Virus record (IMG/VR): IMGVR_UViG_3300044707_000932
Coordinates: 1 to 64,000 of that record
Reading direction: 5' to 3' (one strand)
Length of the DNA: 64,000 bases
Source: a virus
The position numbers were made by a program, and so were the translations under genes. The notes below the pieces were generated by a model, which saw nothing but the letters and a program-made list of their open reading frames with translations, was not told where the DNA came from and did no database searches. Shown piece after piece: positions 1 to 9,358 of this stretch (position 1 is its first letter; every line of letters begins with the position of its first letter).

Positions 1-74
1 TTGGTTTGACAAGATTTAGCAACTTTTTCTAACCAAATGATAACGTCTCCCCAATGATTACTTTGTTTATCCAT
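1..74 (-). CDS. Hypothetical protein, 5' part only (MDKQSNHWGDVIIWLEKVAKSCQT...), runs off the window
   Basis: ATG at 74 on the minus strand, open to the window edge; TATCTTTG (TAnnTTTG) promoter-like element just upstream at about 89-96. Confidence 0.55.
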   Translation of the reverse strand, partial: MDKQSNHWGDVIIWLEKVAKSCQT

Positions 75-106
75 TTTTATAGTTTGAACAAAGATAAGAA
101 AAAAAT

Positions 107-139
107 AAGACCCGACAAAATAATTTTGACGGGTCTTTT
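107..139. terminator. Intrinsic terminator-like hairpin downstream of the endolysin
   Basis: AAGACCCG...CGGGTCTT inverted repeat flanked by A- and T-tracts. Confidence 0.6.
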
Positions 140-231
140 GGAAAGGATATATGAGAACACCTTACGGTGATGTCAGTTATAAATATAATAAAAATTGAAA
201 AAAGTTCAAATTTTACCATCGCCAACTGTGA

Positions 232-1074
232 TTATTTCAATAAATTGTAATACTCCTTGAAATGTTTTAATCTATCGGGGAGTCCTATTGTACCACCGTT
301 CACACATTTTGTGACAGCTGTTACTGTAGCATCCGAAGCGTCGACACATTTTTTAAGACAGTTCCTGTAGAAAAACCATGCTGCGGACAACAAAGGGTAT
401 TTTGTTTGAACAAGGTCAGGATTACCCGCAATATCTTCGTTGATAGCTTTTCCAAAAGCTGTGTAATTGTCTTTACCTGTCAATTGAATGTAACCGCGTC
501 CTCTGTATCTATAACCATCACCTGAACCTTCGGGACCATTTCCCATTCTATTACCATAAACCAAATTAGCTATCTTTTGAGGATTTCTAGCGTAGTTTTC
601 GGCTAAAACTGTTCTGAAATATTTTGGGAATATATTTTTAAGACCCTGAGCAGAATAGTTAAGATTTTCTGATGTAACTCTAAAACCACCTGACTCGTGA
701 CCACATTGGGCCAAAAAATGTGCTAATTTTACGGGGGTATCAATACCGAATTTAGCTGCTGTATCGGGAATCTGAGCAATAACAGCATCAGGAATATGAC
801 CCCTTAAATTTTCTAATTTAAGTCCACCAACAGATGCAACAGGTTGTGAGACTACTTGGGCGACAGGGGCAGGTTCTGTAATTAGAGTTGCTTGACCCAT
901 GATTTTTTGCCATGTTTGTTCTCCGACAATACCGTCAGGGTTTAATCCATTTTTTGTTTGGAAGTTTTTTACAGCTTGTTCTGTTCCTTTACCAAATATA
1001 CCATCAGCACCTAAACCTAACTTTTGTTGGAGTTTTTTCACGTCCTCTCCTTTGGACCCCACTTTTAATAACAT
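232..1074 (-). CDS. Endolysin: N-terminal peptidoglycan-binding domain + glycoside hydrolase family 19 catalytic domain
   Basis: DGIFGKGTEQAVKNFQ...DGIVG PG-binding motif; AHFLAQCGHESGG, YRGRGYIQLTG and VNGGTIGLPDR GH19 motifs. Confidence 0.9.
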   Translation of the reverse strand: MLLKVGSKGEDVKKLQQKLGLGADGIFGKGTEQAVKNFQTKNGLNPDGIVGEQTWQKIMGQATLITEPAPVAQVVSQPVASVGGLKLENLRGHIPDAVIAQIPDTAAKFGIDTPVKLAHFLAQCGHESGGFRVTSENLNYSAQGLKNIFPKYFRTVLAENYARNPQKIANLVYGNRMGNGPEGSGDGYRYRGRGYIQLTGKDNYTAFGKAINEDIAGNPDLVQTKYPLLSAAWFFYRNCLKKCVDASDATVTAVTKCVNGGTIGLPDRLKHFKEYYNLLK

Positions 1075-1102
1075 AGTAATTTAATTTACTAATAAATATT
1101 TT

Positions 1103-2536
1103 CTATTGAGAAGAATGAGATAAATTGACATCTCCCAAAACACAATATTTGATATTTTGTGTTACATTAGAAGTCGTCACATTTATAGTAAATGAAGTCA
1201 CAGGAGAAATACTACCAAAATTGTTTTTGTTAATCAAATCATAATTTGTTGAGCTAAACCAAAGTACTTCTGTTATTGGTCTGAATCCTGTGACGTGGGA
1301 TAAAAGTAGGTAAGCATCTCCCAAATCAATAATCCCATTTTTATTCACATCCGCAGCCTTCCATTGTTTGGTACCCGTTAAAAACAAACCTGATGATATA
1401 TTGTTTGGTGTATTAATATTTTGTATCTCATTGAAAAGAGGTGTGAAATCTGTTGTTGTTAATCCTTGTATTGGTAAAGATGGAACTAATTTGTATGTAG
1501 AATTTTGTTGAGGTAAAGTGAAGGTGTATGTTCCGCTTGATGTCAACGTTTTATAATCGACAAGAGTTTCTACATTATTCACTACCCTATACAATGTCAA
1601 AGTTGGGTAAGGACTTAAAGACGGAACGGAAACTGTACCTGAAAGGGTGTTAGTTATTGCTACTACGTTAGTTGTGTTTGCTGCGTAATACCCTGTGAAT
1701 GTGGCGTCTTGTGGGTTTGACCATGTACCGAATTCCACAACATATGGGTTTGAATAAGTTGCGGGTAAATCATTCCAACAACCACCCCCACCCCATTTAG
1801 TTACGGCATAATCCTCGCCACCCGCGTCGTTTGGTTCACCACCACACCAATTTTGATACGTTCCAGGTTGTGGATTTCCATTGTAATTACCGATGTTAAT
1901 GAGAAGACCATTTTCGGGACCGGCATCAACCCTCCAATACCCCTCTTGTAGTCTATCGGTTAATGCGAACCAAATATTATTTTGAGGAACATTAGCGATG
2001 ATGAAGTTCTGTTCATCGCCTGAAGTTATAGTTACCAAATACCCTGATTGTCCCTTGAATGTTTGTTGTGAGGATAAAGTCTTAGCATTATCGTATGTTG
2101 CCCCTGTGGAAATTGGTCTATAAAAGTGTCCGTTAGTTGCGTTATAATAATACCCTACAGGGTTAATAGTTGTTGAAACTGAAATTTGAACATTTCCTGT
2201 TGCCGACCCTGTGTTGATTTTAAGTGAGGCAAGGGCGTTATTGATGTTAGTCTGAGTTCCTGTGAAACTTATTCTTGTAATATTGGACCAAGTGCTATAT
2301 CCTGTAGCAAATGAAAGACCAGTTGTTGTTGTAATTGAAAATGTAGTTCCCGCGGGGGGATTAACCAAGCCAATAGATGTTAAAAGTGTCTCAGATGTGA
2401 ATCCATTGATTATAAATCCACTGGCATCTTGTCCTGAGGTGCTTACTTGATAGGTTCTACCTGGAGGAGCACTAACAGACTGACACCAAATTGTCTGAAA
2501 GATGAAAAATAAAAATATTGTAAATAAAATTCTCAT
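1103..2536 (-). CDS. Secreted protein with C-type lectin domain and C-terminal dockerin-like module
   Basis: Signal peptide; YLVTITS..EQNF, W...EPND, WNDL lectin motifs; AADVNKNGIIDLGD Ca-binding dockerin loop and terminal LGDVNLSHS. Confidence 0.75.
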   Translation of the reverse strand: MRILFTIFLFFIFQTIWCQSVSAPPGRTYQVSTSGQDASGFIINGFTSETLLTSIGLVNPPAGTTFSITTTTGLSFATGYSTWSNITRISFTGTQTNINNALASLKINTGSATGNVQISVSTTINPVGYYYNATNGHFYRPISTGATYDNAKTLSSQQTFKGQSGYLVTITSGDEQNFIIANVPQNNIWFALTDRLQEGYWRVDAGPENGLLINIGNYNGNPQPGTYQNWCGGEPNDAGGEDYAVTKWGGGGCWNDLPATYSNPYVVEFGTWSNPQDATFTGYYAANTTNVVAITNTLSGTVSVPSLSPYPTLTLYRVVNNVETLVDYKTLTSSGTYTFTLPQQNSTYKLVPSLPIQGLTTTDFTPLFNEIQNINTPNNISSGLFLTGTKQWKAADVNKNGIIDLGDAYLLLSHVTGFRPITEVLWFSSTNYDLINKNNFGSISPVTSFTINVTTSNVTQNIKYCVLGDVNLSHSSQ

Positions 2537-3996
2537 AAGTTTACTTTGCTACCAATTAGGAAAAAGGATAAAACGGGAAACTCAGGGTTTGTACTGAGAT
2601 TCAATTTATAATTAACATTGAATTTAAATCTCTTTGATATCTGATAATCAAACCCACTACCTAAAAACATACTGAATGTTCTATCGGTCACTGTCACTTT
2701 ATCGAAAGAAGAATAAACTACAGGAGTAGAAATTAAATAAATTTCAGGAGAGATTGTGAGCTTTTTGCTATAACTGAAAGGTCTTGTGTAAAATCCTGTA
2801 ACGGATGGTGAGATAAATAAATTACTATCTTCAGGCATTTTAACGAGAGCTCCACTGACGTTAAAACCTGTGATACCCCACTTTTTGGCGTTTATTATCA
2901 TACTATAACCAAGGAAAGAAAATATGTTTCCATATGAATAAGCACCTGTAAGATTTATATTATGAACGAATTTGAGGGTTCCTTTATCGTTCATCTTAAT
3001 CATGGTGTATCTTGAGTTGATTGCGAATTGTTTCAAGTTGAACCATACCATTCCCGTTACACCCCAAGAACTTGTACCCATTAGAGATGACCTTGCCATC
3101 CCTACATTTATGATTCCTGTGAAACTTTTATCAAGATTTTGTGCTGAAGTCAAATCAGACGAAACAATTATGGGATTAGAGTTTCCTGACTTTCCATTTT
3201 TTCCACCCTTACCACCACCACTCCCAGAACTTTCACTTCCCCTATCATTTCTGACATCTACATTCATGGCAGTCGTTGCCACCACTTCCGAACCTTCCTT
3301 GTTATCACTTTTATTATCTCCTGAACTATTACCACCGACACCGCCCCCATTAGAATTATTATTATTGTTATTACCTGTAGAAGCATTACCACTGTTTTGA
3401 GGATTGTTTTGAGAATTTCCACTATTTCCTTGAGCCCCTCCCACAGTAGATGTAGTGTTGCTTTGATTGTTTGGTGAAGTTGTCCCCCCATTTGAAGAAG
3501 TCCCATTAGAATTACTAGAATTAGAGGTATTGTTATTACGAGCACGATTATTTCTATTACTTTTTCCATTTTGTGAATTTGAATTTCCTTGTGATGCTGT
3601 GAGATTACCACCCCCCGCTGACATCGAAGCTCCTGCCATCACAGAGGAGTTTATTGAACTTACCACACTACTTACAACATTACCTATCACTTGAGATGTA
3701 ATTTGGTTCCTCGTAAGTGTTAAAGATTGTACGGAACATGGGGTGAGTTTTCTATAATCAGAGTAAACCTGATTTGTCCACGCGGCAAAAGCACCGCTGA
3801 TAACATCATCGGCGGTGAAAATTCTTGATTGACCGTAAAAATATATTACTGTATTACCCTGAATAGGAAGTGTAAATGTTGTGGTCTGTTTTGTACAAGG
3901 GTCTGTGAATGTTGTGGTCAATACTTGGGCATCAACTTTCGAGCTGAGAAAGAAGATACAAACAATACTTAAAAAAATTTTTAATCTTTTCCACAT
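2533..3996 (-). CDS. Secreted/outer-membrane protein with N/S/G low-complexity linker and C-terminal beta-barrel-like region
   Basis: Signal peptide; Asn/Ser/Gly-rich middle; alternating hydrophobic strands at the C-terminus. Confidence 0.55.
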   Translation of the reverse strand: MWKRLKIFLSIVCIFFLSSKVDAQVLTTTFTDPCTKQTTTFTLPIQGNTVIYFYGQSRIFTADDVISGAFAAWTNQVYSDYRKLTPCSVQSLTLTRNQITSQVIGNVVSSVVSSINSSVMAGASMSAGGGNLTASQGNSNSQNGKSNRNNRARNNNTSNSSNSNGTSSNGGTTSPNNQSNTTSTVGGAQGNSGNSQNNPQNSGNASTGNNNNNNSNGGGVGGNSSGDNKSDNKEGSEVVATTAMNVDVRNDRGSESSGSGGGKGGKNGKSGNSNPIIVSSDLTSAQNLDKSFTGIINVGMARSSLMGTSSWGVTGMVWFNLKQFAINSRYTMIKMNDKGTLKFVHNINLTGAYSYGNIFSFLGYSMIINAKKWGITGFNVSGALVKMPEDSNLFISPSVTGFYTRPFSYSKKLTISPEIYLISTPVVYSSFDKVTVTDRTFSMFLGSGFDYQISKRFKFNVNYKLNLSTNPEFPVLSFFLIGSKVNL

Positions 3997-4713
3997 TTAT
4001 TTTTGGAATACCCCTTTTTTGACCATTCTTACAAGAATTCTACTACAAGCAATTTCTAAAGCTTTTTTTGTAGTAATCCCTATAGTTGATTGATTGAATT
4101 TTACATCACTCAAGTTATCATCATTGAGTAATGATAATTCTCTAACAGTTTTAGCTTCCCCGAGTCCTGATGCTGCGATAATTTCACCTGTCTCAGCATT
4201 TGTGAATCTAACTTGAAGGCCAAGTCTTGTGTTCACAATGTTTTTAACACCATCTTTTAAATTAACAGTTTCATCTTCGGAAACAGAAAAGTCATAAACT
4301 TCGATTGTTACGAAATAATGTGCCAATCTAATCTTCCCCCTACCATCGAGTTTGTCTTGTGAGATTCCTGCTTGAGATGCCTGAAATTGTTTAACCATAC
4401 GATTCTTTATTTCAGTCTTGTCTTCGGTGAAAGTAAATCTGTTCAACTCAGATAAAAACTCCAAACTAATATTAGCAACACCGAGACCAACTTTTTTTTC
4501 TTTTAGTTCAGGATACTGTTCATATACCTCATCACTTATACCGATTGTAAGAATTTGTATTGGAATAGTTGGACCATCATAATCCATTAGAGAATCGATA
4601 TTAATTTTTGTTTCGAAACTTGCCTTGTATTGTTCCGTTTTGGTTGTTCCTACAACTTGCCCGTTTACAAACGAGCAAGTTAATAGGAAAATAGGTAGTA
4701 AAATCTTTTTCAT
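3997..4713 (-). CDS. CsgG/HfaB-like curli-assembly/transport family protein
   Basis: Signal peptide from MKKILL (4713); GLGVANI, RFTFTEDK, LGLQVRFTNAETGEII pattern typical of CsgG-fold proteins. Confidence 0.7.
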   Translation of the reverse strand: MKKILLPIFLLTCSFVNGQVVGTTKTEQYKASFETKINIDSLMDYDGPTIPIQILTIGISDEVYEQYPELKEKKVGLGVANISLEFLSELNRFTFTEDKTEIKNRMVKQFQASQAGISQDKLDGRGKIRLAHYFVTIEVYDFSVSEDETVNLKDGVKNIVNTRLGLQVRFTNAETGEIIAASGLGEAKTVRELSLLNDDNLSDVKFNQSTIGITTKKALEIACSRILVRMVKKGVFQK

Positions 4714-4715
4714 TT

Positions 4716-5255
4716 TTAATCTTGTTTGATAAGACCACATTTAAGACACTCTTCTTCACCATCACCATCCTTGTCACCCCATACGTGTTCACACTGACGA
4801 TGCTCGAAATACATGTCGATTATACCATCACCATCCTCATCAATACCATCCATTATACCATCACCATCTTCGTCGATTTCTACACCGACTTGTGGGGTGA
4901 CTTGAGGGATAACCTGAGGGGTGACTTGGGGGGTGGGTGTTGAATCTTTCATATCTAAAGTAGATGAGAAAGAAACACCATCTTCTTCGTCCATTTTTTG
5001 AACCAACATCTTGTCCTTATCTGTATCACTGAACCAATAGTCAATGATTTTACCATAAGAACCAATGAATGCTCCAAGTAACAATAGGAGAAGTTCTTTC
5101 CACTCACCACTTATTGCGCTTTGTTCGAAAATCGCCATAAAAATGGCGCCTATGATGACCACAAATCCACCTAAAACAAGAGCAGTAATCCACCACCTTC
5201 TTTTCATCATGGAGTTCAATAAATCTTTAAATCCTGTAGGTGTTTGTTGACTCAT
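4716..5255 (-). CDS. Two-TM membrane protein with DxDGDG Ca-binding repeats and C-terminal Cys/His cluster
   Basis: Two hydrophobic helices; DEDGDG x2, DKDGDG; TPQV repeats; CEH...CLKC. Confidence 0.6.
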   Translation of the reverse strand: MSQQTPTGFKDLLNSMMKRRWWITALVLGGFVVIIGAIFMAIFEQSAISGEWKELLLLLLGAFIGSYGKIIDYWFSDTDKDKMLVQKMDEEDGVSFSSTLDMKDSTPTPQVTPQVIPQVTPQVGVEIDEDGDGIMDGIDEDGDGIIDMYFEHRQCEHVWGDKDGDGEEECLKCGLIKQD

Positions 5256-5258
5256 AAA

Positions 5259-5573
5259 TTACCATTTTGGGTCCTCTGAAAAAGGTTTTGGTTTAGGAGC
5301 TGGTTCAGCAGGTTTTGCCGCTGGTTTTTCTACAACACGCTCGATTACTTTGGTAGTTCCTCCCGTAGCAGGTGCCGCTTGTTGTTGAGAGTTGTTAATT
5401 ACGATAGTGGGTTGTGCTTGAACAGGTTGTTCCTGTTTTTCTTCGTGACCACCAAATAATAATGTGCTTAACCACACACCACCACCGGCAACTACAGTTC
5501 CGAGTGTTCCTACAATGGTCTTCTTTAGTCCTGACCAAGAGCCATCATTTTGTTCTAATTGTTCTTCTGACAT
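5259..5573 (-). CDS. Single-TM hypothetical protein with Pro/Ala-rich tail
   Basis: ORF track; tightly packed in the operon. Confidence 0.6.
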   Translation of the reverse strand: MSEEQLEQNDGSWSGLKKTIVGTLGTVVAGGGVWLSTLLFGGHEEKQEQPVQAQPTIVINNSQQQAAPATGGTTKVIERVVEKPAAKPAEPAPKPKPFSEDPKW

Positions 5574-5578
5574 AGTTT

Positions 5579-7483
5579 TTAAATTTTAATGAAAGGTTTA
5601 GTTATCCTTTTATCATTATTTACCATAACTAGTAAATATTTTCCTTGGGCTAACTGAGTTGCGTTTACCGCTCTCACTATTTGAGTTGTTATATCGTCTG
5701 TTTCGAATTTACCTAAACTTAAAATTTTTCTACCTGAAATATCGTAAACAAATCCCTCCATCCAGTAATTGTTTGGTAATTTAATAATCAACTCAAATTG
5801 TCCTGAATTTGGATTTGGTCTAATTTCTGCTGTTGGCTCTGATATTGGAACTATTGGTCCTATAGTCCTGTAACTTAGTACTATTCTTTCTGATTGTAAT
5901 TCAATATTAAAGTGGTCACCTTTATTATCTGAGGCGTCCATAAGTTGTCTAACGTAAACGAAAGATGAAATATCTTGGCTAGGGTTGATTGGGCTAAATT
6001 TTAATTTGAAGGGGGTGGACAAACCACTTATCCCCCCCTTCGATTGATTATTCATTCCACCGAATCGAATTATGCCGTTTCGGTCGTCGTGTGTAACATA
6101 TTGTAACCATTGGTTTGGTAAAGTTGAAACTACTTCATCGAACTTAACCATTGTTGGGTCATATTTCATTTCGAATTGTAAACCATAATTAATCAAGCCA
6201 TTTGTTGAAATGTTGAATGGAACATTCATGGGTTGACCAACTGCGTATGTATTAGGAATTGTAACATCAAACCTACCTTGGTAGTTTGCCGCAGTTACCA
6301 AATTTCCATTTCCATCGTATACTGGTGATGAATGTGTTCTATCTACGTCACCCAAAATGAAGTATTTCAAATCCAAAGTTAAATTGTTTGTAGTAACACT
6401 ATCAAAAACAAAGTTTGTTCTCGATGAATAGGTTGCCCATGTTGTCCATTGGTCTTGACCCATTGCCAAACTATCGAATTCATTCTTTGTGAAGACGTGT
6501 ATTAAGTTTGTTGTGTTAATTGGTCTTAAACCTGAAACAGAAGCGTAGATTCCATAAGGGTCTCCACCGTCCAACTTTTGGTTCAAGTTAATATCTCCAA
6601 TTAAGTACGCTAAGCCGTTCCTAAGATATTGTTGACCATAGGATTGAAGGACATCGGTATTTATGAATTCGTTGAAAGACTTGGTAGCATCTGCGATTGT
6701 AACAGAGTTATCTCTCATAGTGACCAAACTATCAGCATTGAATACCAACTCAATTTTGTATCTTGTATTCTCATCGATATTATCTAATGTGTAAAGACCT
6801 GTCTGTACATCCGGTATTGTTGATGATACTAAAACTCCCGTGTTAGCTTCATAACATTTAAGTGTTGGTACCCATCCCCTTGATACTGCTGTTTGTGGAA
6901 GCCACACTTTTCCAGAAATGGTTAAATTACCCAAAAGTTTAACCGCCATTTTTTGATAGTTCAAAATCGCCACATTATCTCCAATCGATGTTCCATCAAC
7001 TTTGAACATTCTAGACCAATTTAGAGTGATAGTATCCGATACGAAATTTGGAACAACATTATTTATTTTGTATTTGTTGTGTACGATGTATCCGTTCGAT
7101 GACACTTGAGAACCATTAGGTAAAATCAAATAGTTTCTTCCGATAGACCAATTATTGTCCGATGAATAATTGTAGATGCCATTGTTGTAAGATTGGTATT
7201 TGAAATTATCCCAAGATTTATAGGCAATTTCTGGAGAATTACCATTCAAACCCGCATCAACGGTAGTTGACAGATATGTAAACAATTCTTTTTTGTATTG
7301 CCAGTCAACTTGAAAACTTCTGACATCTGTTCCTTGTGTTGGTTTGTAATACCAGGCCACATCGAGAGTGTCACCTCTTCGTACTGTTTTCAGTTGTTGA
7401 AAGTGACCAATTTCAGGTGTTTGAGAAATTGATAGTTTAGTCATCAACATTGTTGATAACAAGAATAGAATTTTTTTCATCAT
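5579..7483 (-). CDS. T9SS-secreted protein with cohesin-like domains, dockerin-like module and Por-secretion C-terminal sorting domain
   Basis: Signal peptide; SFQVDWQY and GLQFEMKYDP cohesin-like strands; GDINLNQKLDGGD dockerin loop; C-terminal PNPNSG..YDISGR..LAQGKYL..TKPFIKI T9SS type A CTD. Confidence 0.8.
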   Translation of the reverse strand: MMKKILFLLSTMLMTKLSISQTPEIGHFQQLKTVRRGDTLDVAWYYKPTQGTDVRSFQVDWQYKKELFTYLSTTVDAGLNGNSPEIAYKSWDNFKYQSYNNGIYNYSSDNNWSIGRNYLILPNGSQVSSNGYIVHNKYKINNVVPNFVSDTITLNWSRMFKVDGTSIGDNVAILNYQKMAVKLLGNLTISGKVWLPQTAVSRGWVPTLKCYEANTGVLVSSTIPDVQTGLYTLDNIDENTRYKIELVFNADSLVTMRDNSVTIADATKSFNEFINTDVLQSYGQQYLRNGLAYLIGDINLNQKLDGGDPYGIYASVSGLRPINTTNLIHVFTKNEFDSLAMGQDQWTTWATYSSRTNFVFDSVTTNNLTLDLKYFILGDVDRTHSSPVYDGNGNLVTAANYQGRFDVTIPNTYAVGQPMNVPFNISTNGLINYGLQFEMKYDPTMVKFDEVVSTLPNQWLQYVTHDDRNGIIRFGGMNNQSKGGISGLSTPFKLKFSPINPSQDISSFVYVRQLMDASDNKGDHFNIELQSERIVLSYRTIGPIVPISEPTAEIRPNPNSGQFELIIKLPNNYWMEGFVYDISGRKILSLGKFETDDITTQIVRAVNATQLAQGKYLLVMVNNDKRITKPFIKI

Positions 7484-7971
7484 TCGAAGAAATTTTTGAT
7501 TAATGTTTCGCAAGCCTTTTTTATGACGTTTGAAACGGATTGTTGATTTATTTTACCACCCTCTGAAATAATCAGTGTTGACATCGAAATCTCAGAGGAT
7601 TTTTCAGTAACAATTGTTTCCTTGGGTTTTTTTCCATAAAACTCTAACATACGGCCCCTGACTCTCAGGACAGTCTCACTATTTTCTTTGTGGATTACAG
7701 AAAAACCTGATTTAGTGTTGAGGACATCAAAATAAATCAAATCGATTTGTAATTTATAGTCGGCTTGACTACAACTATCCACTAACTGAAAGTCCTTTTC
7801 TTGGAGATATTCCAAAAGTATGTTTTTGAAACCAAAGGTTAGATTTCTATTACCCAACATCTGTCCCATTTGAATTTTGTTGTCAATTGACACAATACAG
7901 ACCTTTTTACCTTGTGAAAAAAGGGATAGTGATAATAGAAAAAAACCGAAGGTCAATAGTAATCTTTTCAT
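7480..7971 (-). CDS. Secreted protein, CsgG/penicillin-binding-activator-like fold
   Basis: Signal peptide; beta-alpha-beta-beta-beta-alpha layout ending SNVIKKACETLI, parallel to the 3997-4713 protein. Confidence 0.5.
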   Translation of the reverse strand: MKRLLLTFGFFLLSLSLFSQGKKVCIVSIDNKIQMGQMLGNRNLTFGFKNILLEYLQEKDFQLVDSCSQADYKLQIDLIYFDVLNTKSGFSVIHKENSETVLRVRGRMLEFYGKKPKETIVTEKSSEISMSTLIISEGGKINQQSVSNVIKKACETLIKNFFE

Positions 7972-8026
7972 AATCTATAAATATTCGATAGTCAATTACA
8001 ATATATTTATTAAGAAATAATTTTAG

Positions 8027-9127
8027 ATGAAATTATTAAATGAAATTGAACGAATTAAGTCTGTCATGGGTTTCCTAAATGAGGAACAAGAAATGGAGGG
8101 ACCATCGATGAATAAGAATTTAAGGAAGACAGTAGAAATCCTTCAATTTTTGAAAATATATGGAAATAAAATAGAGAGGATGTTACAAGACCTTTCTAAG
8201 TTTGCTGAGGAGCAAATTATAGATTTTGATTTACTTGAAAGAGGTTTGAGAAAAACTTTATTGAAGAAAGGAGATAAGAAAAAAAATGTGGAAGAATATT
8301 TGGGTAAAGTTGTTACATCGTTGAGGTATAGAGAGAGGAAGGGGTATGGAACTGAGCCCGATAGTGAGGACTACGAGTTTGAAATTGAGGAGCCATCTAT
8401 AATCCCCAAAAAGGTTTACAGGAAAGAACTTTACGAATTACAAATAGAGTTGTTAAAATTACAAGAATGGTTAAAACAAACAGGAAAAACCGTAATCTTA
8501 GTTTTCGAAGGTAGAGATTCTGCTGGTAAAGGTTCAACAATAAAAAAGTTTACAGAAAATTTAGACCCAAAATATTATAATGTGATTGCTTTGGGTATTC
8601 CAACCCCCGATGAAAAGAAGGATTGGTGGAACAGATATCGAAAACAAATAAAGCCGGGTATGATAAATCTTTTCGATAGAAGTTGGTATAACAGAGGGTT
8701 AATTGAACCTGTCATGGGTTATGGTTCCCCAGAAGAATACGAAGATTTCATGGAAAATGTTGCCGACTTTGAACAGGATTTAGTTAAGGGCGGAGACTTT
8801 TTGTTCAAGTTATGGTTTTCTATAGACAAAGAGACACAAAAAAGAAGATTTGATATTAGACAAAAATCTCCACTGAAATATTGGAAATATTCACCTAACG
8901 ACGCCAAAATGCAGGATTTATGGGACAGATTTACAGAATTCAAAGAAAAACTTTTTGATAAGACATCTACTCTGAATCACCCATGGGTTATTATTGATGC
9001 TCAGGACAAAAGGGTTTCGGGTTTGAACGCCATCAGATATATTTTACAGAGTATACCCTATGCTGGTAAAAACAAAAAGGTTTTAGAAAAAGATTATCCC
9101 GAAGTAATTGCCGTATTGAAACCTTAA
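8027..9127 (+). CDS. ppk2: Polyphosphate kinase 2 with a phage-type N-terminal extension
   Basis: FEGRDSAGKG Walker A, FDRSWYNR, KLWFSI, KYWKYSPND motifs. Confidence 0.92.
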   Translation: MKLLNEIERIKSVMGFLNEEQEMEGPSMNKNLRKTVEILQFLKIYGNKIERMLQDLSKFAEEQIIDFDLLERGLRKTLLKKGDKKKNVEEYLGKVVTSLRYRERKGYGTEPDSEDYEFEIEEPSIIPKKVYRKELYELQIELLKLQEWLKQTGKTVILVFEGRDSAGKGSTIKKFTENLDPKYYNVIALGIPTPDEKKDWWNRYRKQIKPGMINLFDRSWYNRGLIEPVMGYGSPEEYEDFMENVADFEQDLVKGGDFLFKLWFSIDKETQKRRFDIRQKSPLKYWKYSPNDAKMQDLWDRFTEFKEKLFDKTSTLNHPWVIIDAQDKRVSGLNAIRYILQSIPYAGKNKKVLEKDYPEVIAVLKP

Positions 9128-9321
9128 TTTTCTTGAATTTTTTCTATTTGATTTGCTGAAATCATCATCCACAAATCAAATAAAAGAAAAACCAAAATTG
9201 GTTGAATTTCTGAAATTGGGTGATTGGTTTTATCAAAGTTTTGATGATATAACCATAAAATTACTTTGAAACCACAATAAATTTTAACACCAATAAGTAA
9301 AAGTCCAAGAATTGTTTTCAT
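9124..9321 (-). CDS. Small membrane protein
   Basis: ORF track; two hydrophobic segments. Confidence 0.5.
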   Translation of the reverse strand: MKTILGLLLIGVKIYCGFKVILWLYHQNFDKTNHPISEIQPILVFLLFDLWMMISANQIEKIQEN

Positions 9322-9358
9322 ATTGAAATTTATAACTATTTATTTTAAAAGACAAGTC

